Assembly: GCA_963813395.1 (NCBI GenBank)
Contig: CAWEYV010000007.1
Location: 235,625-299,624 of the forward strand
DNA length: 64,000 nt
Reading direction: 5' to 3'
DNA from: an uncultured Actinomycetes bacterium
GTDB taxonomy: Bacteria > Actinomycetota > Actinomycetes > Streptosporangiales > Streptosporangiaceae
Both the position numbers and the translations under genes were made by a program. Positions 1 through 13,592 of the stretch are shown piece by piece. The stretch's first letter is position 1. Each line of letters starts with the position of its first letter. The notes under the pieces are model-generated. The model made no database searches. It was not told the origin of the DNA and was given only the letters and a program-made list of their open reading frames with translations.

Positions 1-1071
1 CACGATGGTCAGGCCGACCTCGGCCAGCGCGGCAGCCAGGGTGCTCTTCGGCAGCACGACCAGATTCCCCTGGCCGAACATGGCCTTGCTGGCGGCGATG
101 ACCCTGGCGCATTCGTCCGCCCCGTGGACCAGGATGGTCACATCCTCGGCCAGCGTCCGCTGGCCGATCCGGGCCGCGGGCGACTCGCGCGTCTGGCGCT
201 CCAGTTCTTCGATCTCCTCCCGGGAACGGAACGTGAAGACCCGCAGCAGGCCAGGCACTTCGGCGTCGGACCGGTTTATCCAGAACTGGTAGAACGCGTA
301 CGGGCTCATCAGGTCCGCGCTGATCCAGATCGCGCCGCCCTCGGTCTTGCCGTACTTCGTCCCGTCCGGCTTGGTGATCAGCGGCGTGGCCAGCGCGTGC
401 ACCGAGGTCTCGGTAACCCGCCTGATCAGGTCAACCCCGGCGACGAGGTTGCCCCACTGGTCGCTGCCGCCGATCTGCAGCGTGCACCCGTACCGCCGGT
501 ACAGCTCCAGGTAGTCGTAGGCCTGCAGGACCTGGTAGCTGAACTCGGTGTAGCTGAGCCCGCCAGCCTCCAGCCGCGCCTTCACCGACTCGCGCCCCAG
601 CATCTGGTTCACCGGGAAGTGCTTGCCGATGTCGCGCAGAAAGTCCAGCGCGGACAGTTGCTGAGTCCAGTCGAGGTTGCTGACGATCAGCGCGCCCGTC
701 GGCCCGGGCGTGAAGTCCAGGAACCGCTCCTCTTCGGCCCGGATGCGTTCGACCCAGGCCGCCACGGTGTCGCGGTCGTTGAGCACCCGCTCCGCGGACT
801 TCCCGCTGGGATCGCCGATCAGGCCGGTGGCCCCGCCGACCAGGCCGATCGGCCGATGACCGGCGTTCTGTACCCGGCGCATGGTGAGCAACAGCACCAG
901 GTTGCCGATGTGCAGGCCCGCCGCGGTCGGGTCGAATCCGCCGTAGAACGTGACCGGACCGTTGGCGAAGGCTTTCCGCAGTTCGTCCTGGTCGGTGGAC
1001 TGTGCGATCAGGCCACGCCAGGTGAGCTCGTCGAGGATGTCGGTCACAGAGGTATCGTCCCATCGCTTCAT
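1..1071 (-). CDS. tyrS: tyrosine--tRNA ligase, partial (3' end lies beyond the left window edge)
   Basis: Hand translation of the minus strand from ATG 1071 gives [57 protein letters not shown] (HIGH-type motif). In the same frame further on: [20 protein letters not shown] (KMSKS-type motif). The frame stays open to base 1 (357 codons). It is absent from the ORF track because no stop lies inside the window. The ATG overlaps the mpg stop (ATGA). Confidence 0.93.
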   Translation of the reverse strand, partial: MKRWDDTSVTDILDELTWRGLIAQSTDQDELRKAFANGPVTFYGGFDPTAAGLHIGNLVLLLTMRRVQNAGHRPIGLVGGATGLIGDPSGKSAERVLNDRDTVAAWVERIRAEEERFLDFTPGPTGALIVSNLDWTQQLSALDFLRDIGKHFPVNQMLGRESVKARLEAGGLSYTEFSYQVLQAYDYLELYRRYGCTLQIGGSDQWGNLVAGVDLIRRVTETSVHALATPLITKPDGTKYGKTEGGAIWISADLMSPYAFYQFWINRSDAEVPGLLRVFTFRSREEIEELERQTRESPAARIGQRTLAEDVTILVHGADECARVIAASKAMFGQGNLVVLPKSTLAAALAEVGLTIV

Positions 1072-1726
1072 TGCCTGGCGGAAACCGGTTTATACCGCCG
1101 GCGCGGGGTGTACGGCCGGTATACCGACACGGTGGGGTCCCCGGTCAGCCAGAACCGCCAGGGGACCTCGGCAGCCACGCTGATCCCGACCCTGGGCCCC
1201 TCGCTGATGTCATGCTTCATCCGCTGATCCGGCCACCGTACCCGCAGCGGGGAAGCCGGGTCGCAGACGTCGGCGCCGTCCTGGGCGCGAGTGATGCCGA
1301 GCGCCTTACACAGGCGGCCCGGCCCGCGGGCCAGGTCACGCTCGGGAACCCGGCGTCCGGGTCGGCGCGGCGCGCGACCGCAACCTCGACACCCGCGATC
1401 ACCCGGCCGGCCCGCAACAACACGGCGGACGCAGTGCCCTCCGGCTGGCAGACCAGGTTCACGCAGAAGTGCATGCCGTAGGTGAAATACACGTACGCAT
1501 GCCCCGGCGGGCCGAACATCACGGCGTTGCGGGCGGTCCGGCCACGGTAGGCATGCGAGGCCGGATCGGCCTCGCCCTGGTAGGCCTCGACCTCGGTCAG
1601 CACGACGGCGACCAGGCCTTCGGAGGTCTCGTGCTCGAGCACGCAGCCAAGCAGGGTGGGAGCCACCTCGATCGCGCTGCGGGCGAACACCTCCCGCGGC
1701 AGCACCACGAGCGGAGCTCCCTTCAT
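1068..1726 (-). pseudogene. mpg: DNA-3-methyladenine glycosylase (Mpg/AAG family), one frame break as assembled
   Basis: The N-terminal part is in ORF 1217..1780 ([46 protein letters not shown]). The C-terminal part is in the frame of ORF 1068..1862 ([25 protein letters not shown]...GPRVGISVAAEVPWRFWLTG). The frames switch near 1345-1375. Length from the likely start ([11 protein letters not shown] 1726) to the stop is 659 nt = 3n+2. Confidence 0.85.
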
Positions 1727-1768
1727 GATCAGCGCCTGGAGCGCAGTTCCGGGGCGCCCCTGGCCAAC

Positions 1769-1868
1769 GGCCAAGGCCACGTGACGAAGTCACGGGGCTT
1801 AGGCCATCGGGGTTCCGGCCATGGGGTCCGGGGGCTTGCCCCGGGGAGGCGGAGTGCTCCACCGGGCC
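1769..1868. repeat. GC-rich ~100-bp dispersed repeat, copy A (partner at 33339..33443)
   Basis: GGCCAAGGCCAC-GTGACGAAGTCAC-...-GGGGTTCCGGCCATGGGGTCCGGGGGCTTGCCCCGGGGAGGCGGAGTGCTCCACCGGGCC. It lies in the divergent spacer between mpg and the BNR gene. Confidence 0.75.
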
Positions 1869-2104
1869 AACACAGCACTATAGGACACGACCTGGTCTGC
1901 GCCCGGCAACGGTGCAGACACACTCCGCCGGGATCCATTGACCCGCCGCAGTGACGGGTCTAGCGTCCACCGTGGCTTTTGCTGGCGTATACGACGATTC
2001 GCGCCCGGCCAACCGATTGCGCGGCTGTGAGCGTAACGCTGTGGGTGCTGAGCAGGCGGTCAGAAAGCGCGAGACGAGGCGACCTGGAACCTCTGGGAGG
2101 CACT

Positions 2105-3541
2105 GTGAAGCACTCACTGCGCGTACTCGTAGTCTCCGGCGCGGCAGCAGCGTTAGTAACCGGGCTGGGCCTCGCCGGCGCCCGCTGGTCGTCGGCCGGG
2201 ACCGGCCCGCCAGCGGTGCTGCATGTGGGCCAGATCGACCGGCAGGACGTGGCCGCCGCGGCGGCTGCGAGCCAGACACACTGGTCGAGCCGGACGTGGC
2301 CGTCTCCCCGTTCAACTCCAACATCCAGGTGGCGGTGGCACACGACTGCCGGTTCGCCAACGGCGGCGCCGTGGACATCTCCTACGCCTGGACCCACGAT
2401 GGCGGCGCGCACTGGCACCACGCCGCCGTGCCCGGGCTGACCACGGCGGTGGGCGGCGTATACGCACCGGGCGTCCGACCCGGTAGTGGTGTTCGGCGCT
2501 GACGGCAGGGTCTACGTCTCGGCGCTCGTCATCGACCTCAACAACTGCGACAGCGGCGTGGCCGTGTCCCGGTCGACCGACGGCGGCGCCACCTTCGGCA
2601 AGCCGGTGTATGTCCAGCAGAGCACCACCTGCGCCGTCTCGGACGACAAGGACTGGCTGGTCGCCGACACCCAGCCGGACAGCCCGTTCTACGGCCGCCT
2701 CTACTCGTTCTGGACCGAGTTCCTGGCCAACGGCGGGTCGCCTCAGGTCGTCCGCTGGTCCGACGACCAGGGCAAGCACTGGAGCACGACGCACTTCGTC
2801 AGCTCGCGCAAGGCGTTCGCCCAGGACTCCCAGCCGATCGTCCAGCGGGGCGGCGCGCTCACCGACCTGTACCTGGGCTCGGGCCATGCGATCGGCAACG
2901 ACACCCGCAAAGGCTCCGTGCTGCGGTCCGTCGGTCGCGCCACCCAGGGCAGCGGCGTGGCACTGGTGGCGCAGACCTCCTTCGACGGAGGTGCTTCCTG
3001 GAGCCATCCGTCGGTCGTTGCCCGGAACATCGGCGGCGGGCCGGCCGGCATCCGCTGCTGCCTTGCCCTGGCCTCCGGCGACCCGGTGACCGGGCACATG
3101 TACGCCGTGTGGAACGCCAACCGGCCGGGCGACCCGATCGAGGAGTCCTCGTCAGGCACCGGGCAGCACTGGTCAAGCCCGGTTCAGGTGAGCCCGAGCC
3201 ACCCGCACACCCAGTACCTCAACGCGGCGGTGGCCGCCAGCAACGGCCGGGTCTTCGTCGCCTTCGGCCGCCAGAACCTGGCCAGCCCCGGCGGCGACCT
3301 CGTCCAGCAGGAACTGACCTGGTCCACCAATGGCGGCGCCAGCTTCGCCGCGCCGGTCGCGCTTGGCCCGCCGTCGAACCTGCGGTACGCGGCGGTCGCC
3401 GGGGGCAAGTTCCCGGGCGACTACAGCGGCTTGTCGGCCACGGCGACGAGGGTGACGTCGGCCTGGTGCGTCTCGTCCCGGCCGCCCAAGCCCACGGCCG
3501 CCTACCACCAGACCCTCTACGCGGCCGTGCTGAGCCCGTAA
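2105..3541 (+). pseudogene. secreted BNR/Asp-box (sialidase-like) beta-propeller protein, two compensating frame breaks as assembled
   Basis: GTG 2105 follows GGGAGG. A signal-peptide-like VKHSLRVLVVSGAAAALVTGLGLAGA is in the frame of ORF 1979..2440. The middle (EPDVAVSPFNSNIQVAVAHDCRFANGGAVDISYAWTHDGGAHWHH) is in the frame of ORF 1951..2502. The rest (YTHRASDPVVVFGADGRVYVSAL...) is in ORF 2486..3541. Asp-box-like repeats are present: SRSTDGGATF, WSDDQGKHW, SFDGGASW, WSTNGGASF. The shifts lie near 2235-2290 and 2440-2462. Confidence 0.8.
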
Positions 3542-3587
3542 GGCGCCCCGTCCTGGCCCGGCGCCCGGCAGCCCGCAGAACGCCGGA

Positions 3588-5083
<1,496 letters not shown>

Positions 5084-5136
5084 CCGGGCGACGGGAGGGC
5101 CGCGACGGGGGACACGGCCCGGATGCTCCGCCCGGG

Positions 5137-6339
5137 TCAGCCGCCCACGCGCTGGTCCCGGAGCGCGGCGGTCTTGCTGGGCAGGCCCCACAGCTCCACG
5201 AACCCCTTGGCCAGCGACTGGTCAAAGGTGTCGCCCGTGTCGTAGGTGGCCAGCCCGTAGTCATACAGCGAGACCGGGCTGCGGCGGCCGGTCACCACAG
5301 CCTGGCCGCCGTGCAGCCGCAGCCGGACATCGCCGGTCACGTGGCGCGACGCCTCAGCGATGAATGCGTCGAGCGCGCGCTTGAGCGGGGAGTACCACAG
5401 CCCGTCGTAGACCAGCTCGGTCCACCGCTGCTCCACAGACCGCTTGTACCTGGCCAGGTCCAGTTCCATGCACACGCTCTCGAGCTCGGAGTGCGCCGCG
5501 ATGAGCGCGATGGCGCCCGGCGCCTCGTAGATCTCCCGGCTCTTGATCCCGACCAGGCGGTCCTCGACCATGTCCACCCGGCCGACGCCCTGGGCCCCGG
5601 CGCGGGCGTTCAGCTCGGTGATGATGGCCAGCGGCGGCAGCGGCCTGCCGTCGATCGCGACCGGCACCCCGTCGGTGAAGCTGAGCACGAGCTCGTCGGG
5701 ATCCCGGGGTACGGCGGGATCCTGGGTGTAGCTCCAGACGTCGTCGTGAGGCGCCTCCCAGATGTCCTCCAGATGCCCGGTTTCGCAGCTGCGCCCCCAC
5801 AGGTTCTGGTCGATCGAGTACGGGGACCGCGACGTCACGTCGATCGGCAGGCCCTTCTCCTCCGCGAACGCGATCGCCTTGTCCCTGGTCATGCCCGAGT
5901 CCCGGACCGGTGCGAGCACCTTCACCTCGGGAGCCAGGCTGGCCAGGCCCACCTCGAACCTGACCTGGTCATTGCCCTTGCCGGTGCAACCGTGGGCGAC
6001 CGTGTCGGCGCCGCGCTCCTGGGCCACCCGCGCCAGGTGGCTGACGATCAGGGGTCGGGACAGCGCGGAGACCAGCGGGTAGCGGCTCATGTAGAGCGCG
6101 TTCGCCTTGAGCGCGGGCAGGCAGAAGCCCGCGGCGAACTCCGCCCGCGCGTCCACCACCTCGGCGTCGGCGGCGCCGCAGGCAAGGGCCCGCTCACGGA
6201 TGGTGGCCAGGTCCTCGCCGCCCTGGCCCACGTCCATCGCGACCGCGATCACCTCGGCCCCGGTCTGCTCGGCGATCCAGCCAATCGCGACCGAGGTGTC
6301 CAGGCCGCCCGAATAGGCGAGTACGACGCGCTTTGTCAT
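5137..6339 (-). CDS. argG: argininosuccinate synthase
   Basis: 400-aa ORF starting [17 protein letters not shown] (ATP-binding P-loop of the ArgG family), with [13 protein letters not shown] further on. Confidence 0.97.
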   Translation of the reverse strand: MTKRVVLAYSGGLDTSVAIGWIAEQTGAEVIAVAMDVGQGGEDLATIRERALACGAADAEVVDARAEFAAGFCLPALKANALYMSRYPLVSALSRPLIVSHLARVAQERGADTVAHGCTGKGNDQVRFEVGLASLAPEVKVLAPVRDSGMTRDKAIAFAEEKGLPIDVTSRSPYSIDQNLWGRSCETGHLEDIWEAPHDDVWSYTQDPAVPRDPDELVLSFTDGVPVAIDGRPLPPLAIITELNARAGAQGVGRVDMVEDRLVGIKSREIYEAPGAIALIAAHSELESVCMELDLARYKRSVEQRWTELVYDGLWYSPLKRALDAFIAEASRHVTGDVRLRLHGGQAVVTGRRSPVSLYDYGLATYDTGDTFDQSLAKGFVELWGLPSKTAALRDQRVGG

Positions 6340-6369
6340 ATCTGGTCCTTAACTCTTGAGTTGATGGGT

Positions 6370-9150
<2,781 letters not shown>

Positions 9151-9154
<4 letters not shown>

Positions 9155-10137
9155 GAGCCGGCTCCGTCCGGGACGACCATCGTGCCGGTGCCGGAGTCGG
9201 TGAAGATCTCCAGCAGCACCGAGTGGGGCAGGCGGCCGTCCAGTACGTGCGCCTGGGGCACTCCGCCACGAACCGCCCGCAGGCATGCCTCCATCTTGGG
9301 GATCATGCCGCTGGTCAGCGCCGGCAGCAGTTGTTCCAGCTCGGCCGCGGTCAGCAAGCTGATCACATCGCGTGGCTGGCCGTCGCCCGCGGACCAGTCC
9401 GGGTACAGGCCCTCGACGTCGGTGAGCACGACGAGCTTGGCCGCGCCGAGCGCCACGGCCAGCGCGGCGGCGGCGGTGTCCGCGTTGACGTTGTAGACCT
9501 CCCCGCCGGTGCTCCGGGCAACGCTCGACACCACGGGCACCCGCCCGTCGGCGAGCAGGACCTGTACCGCGCCGGGGTCCACGGCGTCGATCTCGCCTAC
9601 CAGGCCGATGTCCACCGGCGTGCCGTCCACCACCGCGTGCCGCCGGCTCGCGGTGAACAGGTTCGCATCCTCCCCCGACATGCCCACCGCGAACGGCCCG
9701 TGCCGGTTGATCAGGCCCACCACATCCCGGTTCACCTGGCCGGTGAGCACCATGCGGACCACCTCCATGGTCTCTGGCGTGGTGACCCGCAGGCCCGCGG
9801 CGAACGTGCTCTCCAGCCCGAGCCGCGCCAGGTGGGCGGAGATCTGCGGCCCGCCGCCGTGGACCACGACGGGGCGCAGGCCCGCGTACCGCAGGAACAC
9901 CACGTCCTGGGCGAACGCGCTTCGCAGCGCGTCGTCGGTCATGGCATGGCCGCCGTACTTGATGACGATGGTCTGGCCGTGGAACCGGTCCAGCCAGGGC
10001 AGAGCCTCGATGAGCGTCGCCGCCTTCGCCTGCGCTGCCTGAGCGTCGGCGCGAGCCGCGGGGCCGGGTGGCGGGCTCGTGGTCACGGTCATCGGAATAG
10101 CGGCGCGGAGACTGCTGCCGTCAAGCGGGGTGGGCAC
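9151..10137 (-). CDS. argB: acetylglutamate kinase
   Basis: Motifs: [22 protein letters not shown] and [13 protein letters not shown] 10137 lies 9 nt downstream of GGGGAGG. ATG 10092 is an alternative start without an SD. Confidence 0.93.
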
Positions 10138-10359
10138 GCCGCTTCACCTCCCCAGGGAATGTCAGGGCAGCTTGGTAGTCTCGGCAGGTCCGCGATAGCC
10201 AAGCGGGCGCCGGACAGTACCAGGAACAAACCGCCGCAGGGCATGCGGTGGCAGCGCGGGGAGCCTTCTTGCGCGGTAGGGCACGGCGATGAACCGCGAA
10301 CCAACAGCGCGACCGTAGGTCGCGGCTGGAATCTTCTGCCGTCGGGCGGATAGAGGATG

Positions 10360-11512
10360 TCAAGTCGAGTACGCCGAGTTCTCGTGCACGTAAGCGGCGG
10401 TCAGGTCGGTGGTGCGGATGGTGGCCGCGCTCGGCCCGGCACTTAGGTCGATCGTGATGGTCACGTCCCGGGGGCGCAGGTCGACCTTGGCCCGGTCATC
10501 CGCGGCGCAGCCGTTGCGGCAGACCCAGACGCCGTTGACGGCCACGCTGAGCCGGTCCGGCTCGAACACCGCGCCCGTCGTACCCACCGCGGACAGCACC
10601 CGGCCCCAGTTCGGGTCCTCCCCGGCGATGGCGCACTTGAGCAGCGCCGACCTGGCCACGGCCCGGCCGACGGTCACCGCGTCGGCCTCGGTCGCCGCGC
10701 CGACCACCTCGATCGCGATCAGCTTGCCCGCCCCCTCGGCGTCGGCCTGGAGCTGCCGGGCCAGATCCGCGCAGACATCGGTGAGCACGCCGGTGAACTC
10801 GCTCGACGCCAGGCCGTACTCCAGCGGCCCCGCTGGCCAGCAGCAGCACCGTGTCGTTGGTGGACATACAGCCATCGGTGTCGAGCCGGTCGAAGGTCAC
10901 CCGGGTGGCCGCGCGGAGTGCGGCGTCGAGGGTGCCCGCATCCAGGTCGGCGTCGGTGGTCAGCACGCAGAGCATGGTGGCCAGCGCGGGCGCGAGCATG
11001 CCCGCGCCCTTGGCCATGCCGCCGATCGTGTACCCGTCCGGGCGCTGGAACGCGATCTTGGCCACGGTGTCCGTGGTCCTGATCGCGTCCGCGGCCGCGA
11101 GGCCACCGGACCGGGATGCGTCGGCCACCGCGGCGTCGGCGCCCGCGAGCAGGAGATCCATGGGCAGGCGCTCGCCGATCAGGCCGGTCGAGCAGACGGC
11201 GATTTCGCCTGCGGAGTCGGCCAGCCGCCCCGCCAGGCGTTCGGCGCTGGAATGGGTGTCGGTGAAGCCAAGCGGCCCGGTACAGGCGTTGGCGCCGCCG
11301 GAGTTGAGCAGGACCGCCCGCACCCTGCCGCCGTGAACGACCTGCTGGGTCCACAGCACCGGCGCGGCCTTCACCCGGTTGGCGGTGAACACGCCCGCCG
11401 CGGCGCGGGACGGCCCGTCGTTGATCACCACGGCGACGTCCCGGCCGCCCGATGCCTTGATCCCCGCGGCGACCCCGGCGGCCCGGAACCCCAGCGGTGC
11501 GGTGACGCTCAT
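10360..11512 (-). pseudogene. argJ: bifunctional ornithine acetyltransferase / N-acetylglutamate synthase ArgJ, one frame break as assembled
   Basis: The N-terminal 2/3 is in the frame of ORF 10496..11830, starting MSVTAPLGFRAAGVAAGIKASG (ATG 11512 after GGAGG) and running to the autoprocessing region MLCVLTTDA...MSTNDTVLLLASG. The C-terminal 1/3 is in ORF 10360..10875 (LEYGLASSEFTGVL...AYVHENSAYST). The switch is at a CCCC run near 10825-10835. Length is 1153 nt = 3n+1. Confidence 0.9.
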
Positions 11513-11537
11513 CTGATGGCCTCCGAGGCAGCCGATG

Positions 11538-12572
11538 TCACGGCGCGAGTCCTTGTGCGGTGAGGCCGGCCGTTTCGGGCAGGCCGAGCATGAGGTTGGC
11601 GGCCTGGATCGCCTGGCCCGCCGCGCCCTTACCGAGGTTGTCCAGGGCGGCGACGACCACCGCGCGCCCGGCGTGGCTGTCGGCGGCGGCCTGCAGGTGC
11701 ACCGCGTTCGAGCCGACCGTGGCCGCGGTGCTTGGCCAGCGGCCTTCGGGTAGCAGGTGCACGAACGGCTCGCCGGCGTAGGCCGCCGCCAGGGCGTCCC
11801 GCAGCGCCGAGGCCCGCGTCCCCGGGTCACGCAGGGGGGCGGTGCAGGTGGCCAGGATGCCCCGCGGCATCGGGGCCAGCATCGGGGTGAACGACACCAC
11901 CGGCTGCCCGACCGCGGCCTCGCGGAGCGCCTGCTCGATCTCCGGGGTGTGCCGGTGCGTGCCGCCGACCTGGTAGGCGCACATCGCGCCCATGACCTCG
12001 GTGGCGAGCAGGGCCGCGGACGGTGCCCGCCCCGCCCCGGAGGTGCCCGAGGCGGCCACGATCACGATGTCGCCCGGGTCGGCCAGGCCCGCGGCGAGCA
12101 GCGGCGCGAGCGCCAGGATAGCGGCGGTGGCGTAACAGCCTGGCGCGCCCACCCGTGTGGCGCCCCGGATCCTGTCCCGGGCGCCGGGAAGTTCGGGCAG
12201 CCCGTAACACCAGCGGCCCGCGTACGGCATCCGGTAGTAGGCCGACCAGGCCTCGGGGTCAGCCAGGCGGAAGGTGGCGCTGAGGTCAACGACCGGGACG
12301 TGCGCGGGCAGGGCGGTGCCGATCCTGGCGGATTCCCCGTGGGGCAGGGCGAGGAACACCAGGTCCGCCGAGGCGAGCCCGGCCGCGTCGAGGGGCTCGA
12401 AGGTGCGGTCGCCGAGCGCGGGCAGGTGCGGGTGCACGTCGGTGACGGGAGCGCCCGCATTCCCAGCGGCAGTGACCGGGCCGAGGTCGAGGCTGGGGTG
12501 ACCGCCGATGAGGCGCAGCAGCTCGCCGCCTGCGTACCCGCTCGCGCCGGCCACCGCCACCGCCAGACCCAT
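11538..12572 (-). CDS. argC: N-acetyl-gamma-glutamyl-phosphate reductase
   Basis: 344-aa ORF starting MGLAVAVAGASGYAGGELLRL (NAD-binding fold), with the active-site region GAPGCYATAAILAL. ATG 12572 lies 6 nt after AAGGAG. Confidence 0.95.
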   Translation of the reverse strand: MGLAVAVAGASGYAGGELLRLIGGHPSLDLGPVTAAGNAGAPVTDVHPHLPALGDRTFEPLDAAGLASADLVFLALPHGESARIGTALPAHVPVVDLSATFRLADPEAWSAYYRMPYAGRWCYGLPELPGARDRIRGATRVGAPGCYATAAILALAPLLAAGLADPGDIVIVAASGTSGAGRAPSAALLATEVMGAMCAYQVGGTHRHTPEIEQALREAAVGQPVVSFTPMLAPMPRGILATCTAPLRDPGTRASALRDALAAAYAGEPFVHLLPEGRWPSTAATVGSNAVHLQAAADSHAGRAVVVAALDNLGKGAAGQAIQAANLMLGLPETAGLTAQGLAP

Positions 12573-12630
12573 GCACTTCTCCTTGACCGTGTGCGTCTAC
12601 GCGCGTGAGCTGGCTCTGTCGCATGAGCCT

Positions 12631-12669
12631 TATTGAGAAATTATGCACTAGATCCGTTAGTTATGCAAA
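12631..12669 (-). promoter_or_regulatory. putative argC promoter (-35 TTGCAT, 17-nt spacer, -10 CATAAT) overlapped by two 18-bp ARG boxes 3 bp apart
   Basis: The minus strand reads TTTGCATAACTAACGGAT-CTA-GTGCATAATTTCTCAATA, lying 60-95 nt upstream of the argC ATG. The proximal box matches the TGAATAAT-TA-TTCA type consensus at most positions. This AT-rich patch stands out in GC-rich DNA, and argR is encoded in the same operon. Confidence 0.7.
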
Positions 12670-12784
12670 GCGCTGTAGGGTGCGCATAGATCCCGTGACG
12701 CCAGGACCGGTGACGCACGGCAGGTCTTGCTGCCAATGCCCGCGGCTACAGGGCATGATGATGTCCGCAGGAAGGAGGGCCCCT

Positions 12785-13219
12785 ATGCGCTCGCGCGCCG
12801 TCGCCGCGGTCGTTCTGGCGGTGCTCGCTGCCGGTGCGGCGGCAGGTTGCGGGCCGACGCACGGTAGCTCTGCGGGGTCCGGGACGCAGGGCAGCTCGCC
12901 AGCGGGCGGTGCCCCCGCGGCGCAGTGCGGTACGGCCCGGACGGCGGCGGGTGTCCCGGTCGTGATCGAGGTACGGCACGGCTCGGCCGATTGCCATGCC
13001 GCCCTGGCGATCGAGCGTGCCTACACCCGCGCGGTGGCGTCGGGCAAGGTCGGCGGCAACGGTGGCGGCGCGCCCGTGAGCATCAAGGGCTGGACCTGCC
13101 AGGGCTTCAACACCCCGCAGGTGCTGGCCACCGGCCACGCCTCCGCCTGCCGCAAGAACGGCACCGAAATCCTCGCGATCCTCCCCACCCCCGGCCCCAG
13201 CCCCTCCCCGAGCTCCTAG
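12785..13219 (+). CDS. putative lipoprotein, function unknown
   Basis: ATG 12785 lies 5 nt after GAAGGAGGG. The protein starts MRSRAVAAVVLAVLAAGAAAGC (signal peptide with an AAGC lipobox-like cysteine). The mature part has four further Cys and a PTPGPSPSPSS tail. I recognise no family. Confidence 0.7.
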   Translation: MRSRAVAAVVLAVLAAGAAAGCGPTHGSSAGSGTQGSSPAGGAPAAQCGTARTAAGVPVVIEVRHGSADCHAALAIERAYTRAVASGKVGGNGGGAPVSIKGWTCQGFNTPQVLATGHASACRKNGTEILAILPTPGPSPSPSS

Positions 13220-13304
13220 CCAGAGCGGGACCCGCCGCCGAGAGACACCAGCGGGGCCGCCGCCCCGGCGGATCAGGCAGCGCACGGGGATTCCGGAGCC
13301 AAAA

Positions 13305-13362
13305 CCATGATCCGTGCGGATGTTCGCCCTCATAGGGGATAAAATTCGCACGGATTATGAAA
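13305..13362. repeat. CCATGATC-bounded hairpin element (copy H1) between convergent genes
   Basis: CCATGATCCGTGCG-(28 nt AT-rich loop)-CGCACGGATTATGAAA. The 9-bp core stem ATCCGTGCG/CGCACGGAT is perfect. It lies between the lipoprotein stop (13219) and the cyclase stop (13593). Confidence 0.6.
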
Positions 13363-13592
13363 TCGGGCAGCCAAGCACGCCACGCGGACCCAGGTTGGGA
13401 GTCACTCGTCTAGGCCCGCCGTCCCCGCCCACCCAACCTGCACCGGAACAGCCGACCGGCACCACCAATCGCGGGGGTTCCGGGGCTCGGCGGCCCCGGG
13501 GAGTCGTCCCCCCGGACGGCACTGCGAAGCCGCCGAAGGCAGCAAGCAAGGCAGTCCCGCCGCCAAGCGAACTAGGCCGCCTACCCTCCCCA

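Noticed and set aside
124-1227. Long plus-strand ORF (367 aa), and similar ones at 3609..4955, 5311..6555, 6972..7982, 9223..10353, 10409..11563, 17186..18616, 35364..37151, 40277..41671, 43657..45315, 59465..61162 and 62292..63698.
   Set aside because: Each lies antisense to a minus-strand gene with clear homology, and its translation is Arg/Gly/Pro/Ala-rich low-complexity sequence without recognisable motifs. These are typical shadow ORFs of very GC-rich coding DNA.
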